In this document: positions 62,215 to 64,000 of the stretch, piece after piece
Layout: each line of letters opens with the position of its first letter
How positions within the stretch are numbered: the stretch's first letter is position 1
Source: Syntrophales bacterium
Lineage (GTDB): Bacteria > Desulfobacterota > Syntrophia > Syntrophales > UBA2210
Direction: 5' to 3'
DNA: 64,000 nt
Assembly: GCA_963666365.2 (NCBI GenBank)
Contig: CAXXNF010000002.1
Location: 192,001 to 256,000 of the forward strand
Program-made: the position numbers and the translations under genes
The notes under the pieces: generated by a model
What the model was told of the DNA's origin: nothing
Databases searched by the model: none
The model's input: only the letters and a program-made list of their open reading frames with translations

Positions 62215-64000
62215 ATGAGTAACGGATGGCATCAGATATACACCAGCCGTCTCAGTACGGCACGGAAGGCGTTGGGGCGTATCAAAAAAGGCGGTAGAGT
62301 GCTGATCGGTTCAGCCTGTGGCGAACCGCAGCTTCTGGTGAAGACGCTCATTGACATAGCCCCCGATATTGCCGACACAGAAATTATTCATTTTCTTGAT
62401 TTCGGCCTGGCTTCATATACGGAAGAACGATACACGGATCAGTTTCGTCACAATGCGCTCTTTATGGGAGAGCGGATACGGGAGGTGATTCGGGAAGGAA
62501 GGGCTGACTATACCCCCATATTCCTGTCGGAAATTCCGCAGTTGATCCTTTCCGGTAGAATGCATCTCGATGTGGCCCTGATTCAGGTATCGCCCCCCGA
62601 CGATCACGGATATGTAAGCTTGGGCATTTCCGTGGACATTACCAAGACCGCTGCTGAAGCGGCCGATTACGTGGTTGCGGAAGTGAATCCCCATATGCCG
62701 AGAACCCTGGGCGATACATTTCTTCACGTTAGCGACATTCATGCCTTCGTCGAGAGTACGGAGCCGCTTCTCGAATTTCAATCCCGGTCGCCCAGTGACA
62801 TTGCGCAGAAGATCGGTGAGCATATCGCCGGTATCATAGAAAACGAATCAACGATTCAGACGGGAGTGGGCCGTATTCCGAACTCAATATTTCCCTACTT
62901 GAAGGATAAAAAAAACCTTGGTTTGCATACGGAAACCTTTACTGACGGCGTTATTGATCTCATTGAAAGCGGCGTTGTGACGTGCCGCAAAAAGACACTT
63001 CACCCGAACAAAATAATCGCCAGTTTTTGCATGGGTTCAAAAGAATTATATGAGTATGTAAACGACAATCCCCTTTTTGAGTTCCACCCCTCCCATTATG
63101 TGAACAATCCCCATATTATTGCACGGAACGAAAAGATGGTATCCATAAACGCGGCCTTAACCGTCGATCTTACCGGGCAGGTCAGCTCAGATTCGCTGGG
63201 GTTCCGTTTTTACAGCGGCATCGGCGGGCAGGTTGATTTTGTCCGGGGCGCCGCCATGTCGAAACGGGGGAGGTCGATTATTACGCTTCCCTCCGCCACC
63301 GACGACGGGGAAAAATCACGCATTGTGCCCTTCCTGAGCGAGGGGAGCGGGGTGGTTGTGACGCGCGGTGATGTCCACTATGTGGTCACGGAATATGGAG
63401 TGGCCTACATTCACGGAAAGTCCATACGGGATCGGGCGTTGGCACTGATTAACATTGCCCATCCGAAATTTCGGGAGGAGTTGCTTGAATCAGCGAAGGC
63501 GCAGGGATATGTATATCGTGATCAGGTGCTGCCGGTCGCGGTATATCCCAAGGAATTGGAAACCTATTTTACCGACAAGAAAGGGACGGAGATATTTTTC
63601 AGGCCTGTAAAGCCTACCGATGAACGGGGTATTCAAGAAATGATCTACTCACTTCCCGAACAGGACGTCTATACCCGATTTTTTCATAATCTCAAATCCT
63701 TTTCACATAGAATTGCCATGCCCCTTGCCGCAATCGATTACCAGGACGAAATGGCAATTGCCGGGGTTATCGGGCGGGAGGAACCGGAAAGCAAGGAAGA
63801 AATAATTGCCGTGGGACGGTACATTAGAGATCCCATGACAAATGTTGCAGAAGTGGCCTTTACCGTGCGTGATAAGTGGCAGAACCGCGGAATCGGTACT
63901 TTTTTACTGCAGTACCTGATAAGGATTGCCAAAGAGAAGAATGTGGAAGGATTGACTGCCGATGTACTGGCGAGAAACGATGCTATGATGGCGGTGTTTC
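62215..64000 (+). CDS. Acetyl-CoA hydrolase/4-hydroxybutyrate CoA-transferase family domain fused to a C-terminal Pat-type GNAT domain (3' truncated by window end; absent from the ORF track)
   Basis: Hand-translated MSNGWHQIYTSRL...GSACGEPQ...LGLHTETFTDG...SGIGGQVDFVRGA...VVTEYGVA, then RPVKPTDE...YTRFF...AEVAFTVRDKWQNRGIG...VLARNDAMMAVF. Confidence 0.9.
   Translation, partial: MSNGWHQIYTSRLSTARKALGRIKKGGRVLIGSACGEPQLLVKTLIDIAPDIADTEIIHFLDFGLASYTEERYTDQFRHNALFMGERIREVIREGRADYTPIFLSEIPQLILSGRMHLDVALIQVSPPDDHGYVSLGISVDITKTAAEAADYVVAEVNPHMPRTLGDTFLHVSDIHAFVESTEPLLEFQSRSPSDIAQKIGEHIAGIIENESTIQTGVGRIPNSIFPYLKDKKNLGLHTETFTDGVIDLIESGVVTCRKKTLHPNKIIASFCMGSKELYEYVNDNPLFEFHPSHYVNNPHIIARNEKMVSINAALTVDLTGQVSSDSLGFRFYSGIGGQVDFVRGAAMSKRGRSIITLPSATDDGEKSRIVPFLSEGSGVVVTRGDVHYVVTEYGVAYIHGKSIRDRALALINIAHPKFREELLESAKAQGYVYRDQVLPVAVYPKELETYFTDKKGTEIFFRPVKPTDERGIQEMIYSLPEQDVYTRFFHNLKSFSHRIAMPLAAIDYQDEMAIAGVIGREEPESKEEIIAVGRYIRDPMTNVAEVAFTVRDKWQNRGIGTFLLQYLIRIAKEKNVEGLTADVLARNDAMMAVF

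Overview
A 64-kb core and metabolic chromosomal segment, about 50-55% GC by eye. Gene content and order suggest an anaerobic Desulfobacterota (deltaproteobacterial, Syntrophales-like) organism; this is inference. Housekeeping blocks: mazG-DUF2065-queA-tgt-yajC-secD(5' end), gdhA, ybaK-trxC-nadE, nadK-recN-GNAT-mltA, pcm-yqaA-nlpD, M23-secA-argJ. These are mixed with a dense set of acyl-CoA genes: acyl-CoA dehydrogenase-etfB-etfA, two alpha-only NDP-forming acyl-CoA synthetases, a LIV-type ABC importer followed by three family III CoA-transferases, a two-gene pyruvate-carboxylase-like enzyme, a lone biotin carrier, and a CoA-transferase-GNAT fusion cut by the window end. I found no tRNA, rRNA, CRISPR array, integrase or transposase. 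The most striking observation is a circularly permuted cofactor-independent phosphoglycerate mutase (48206-49783) with nearly all catalytic motifs intact but a changed DGRD substrate loop. Other notable items: a PsiD-type (fungal-like) decarboxylase with an export signal, a coupled hydantoinase-A plus HDAC gene pair, a split RdgC, divergent carboxyltransferase motifs, a TeaABC-like TRAP system, short tandem repeats placed right after stop codons, two likely leaderless genes, and a terminator-like hairpin just before the secA ribosome-binding site. All family assignments come from motif recognition, not database searches.
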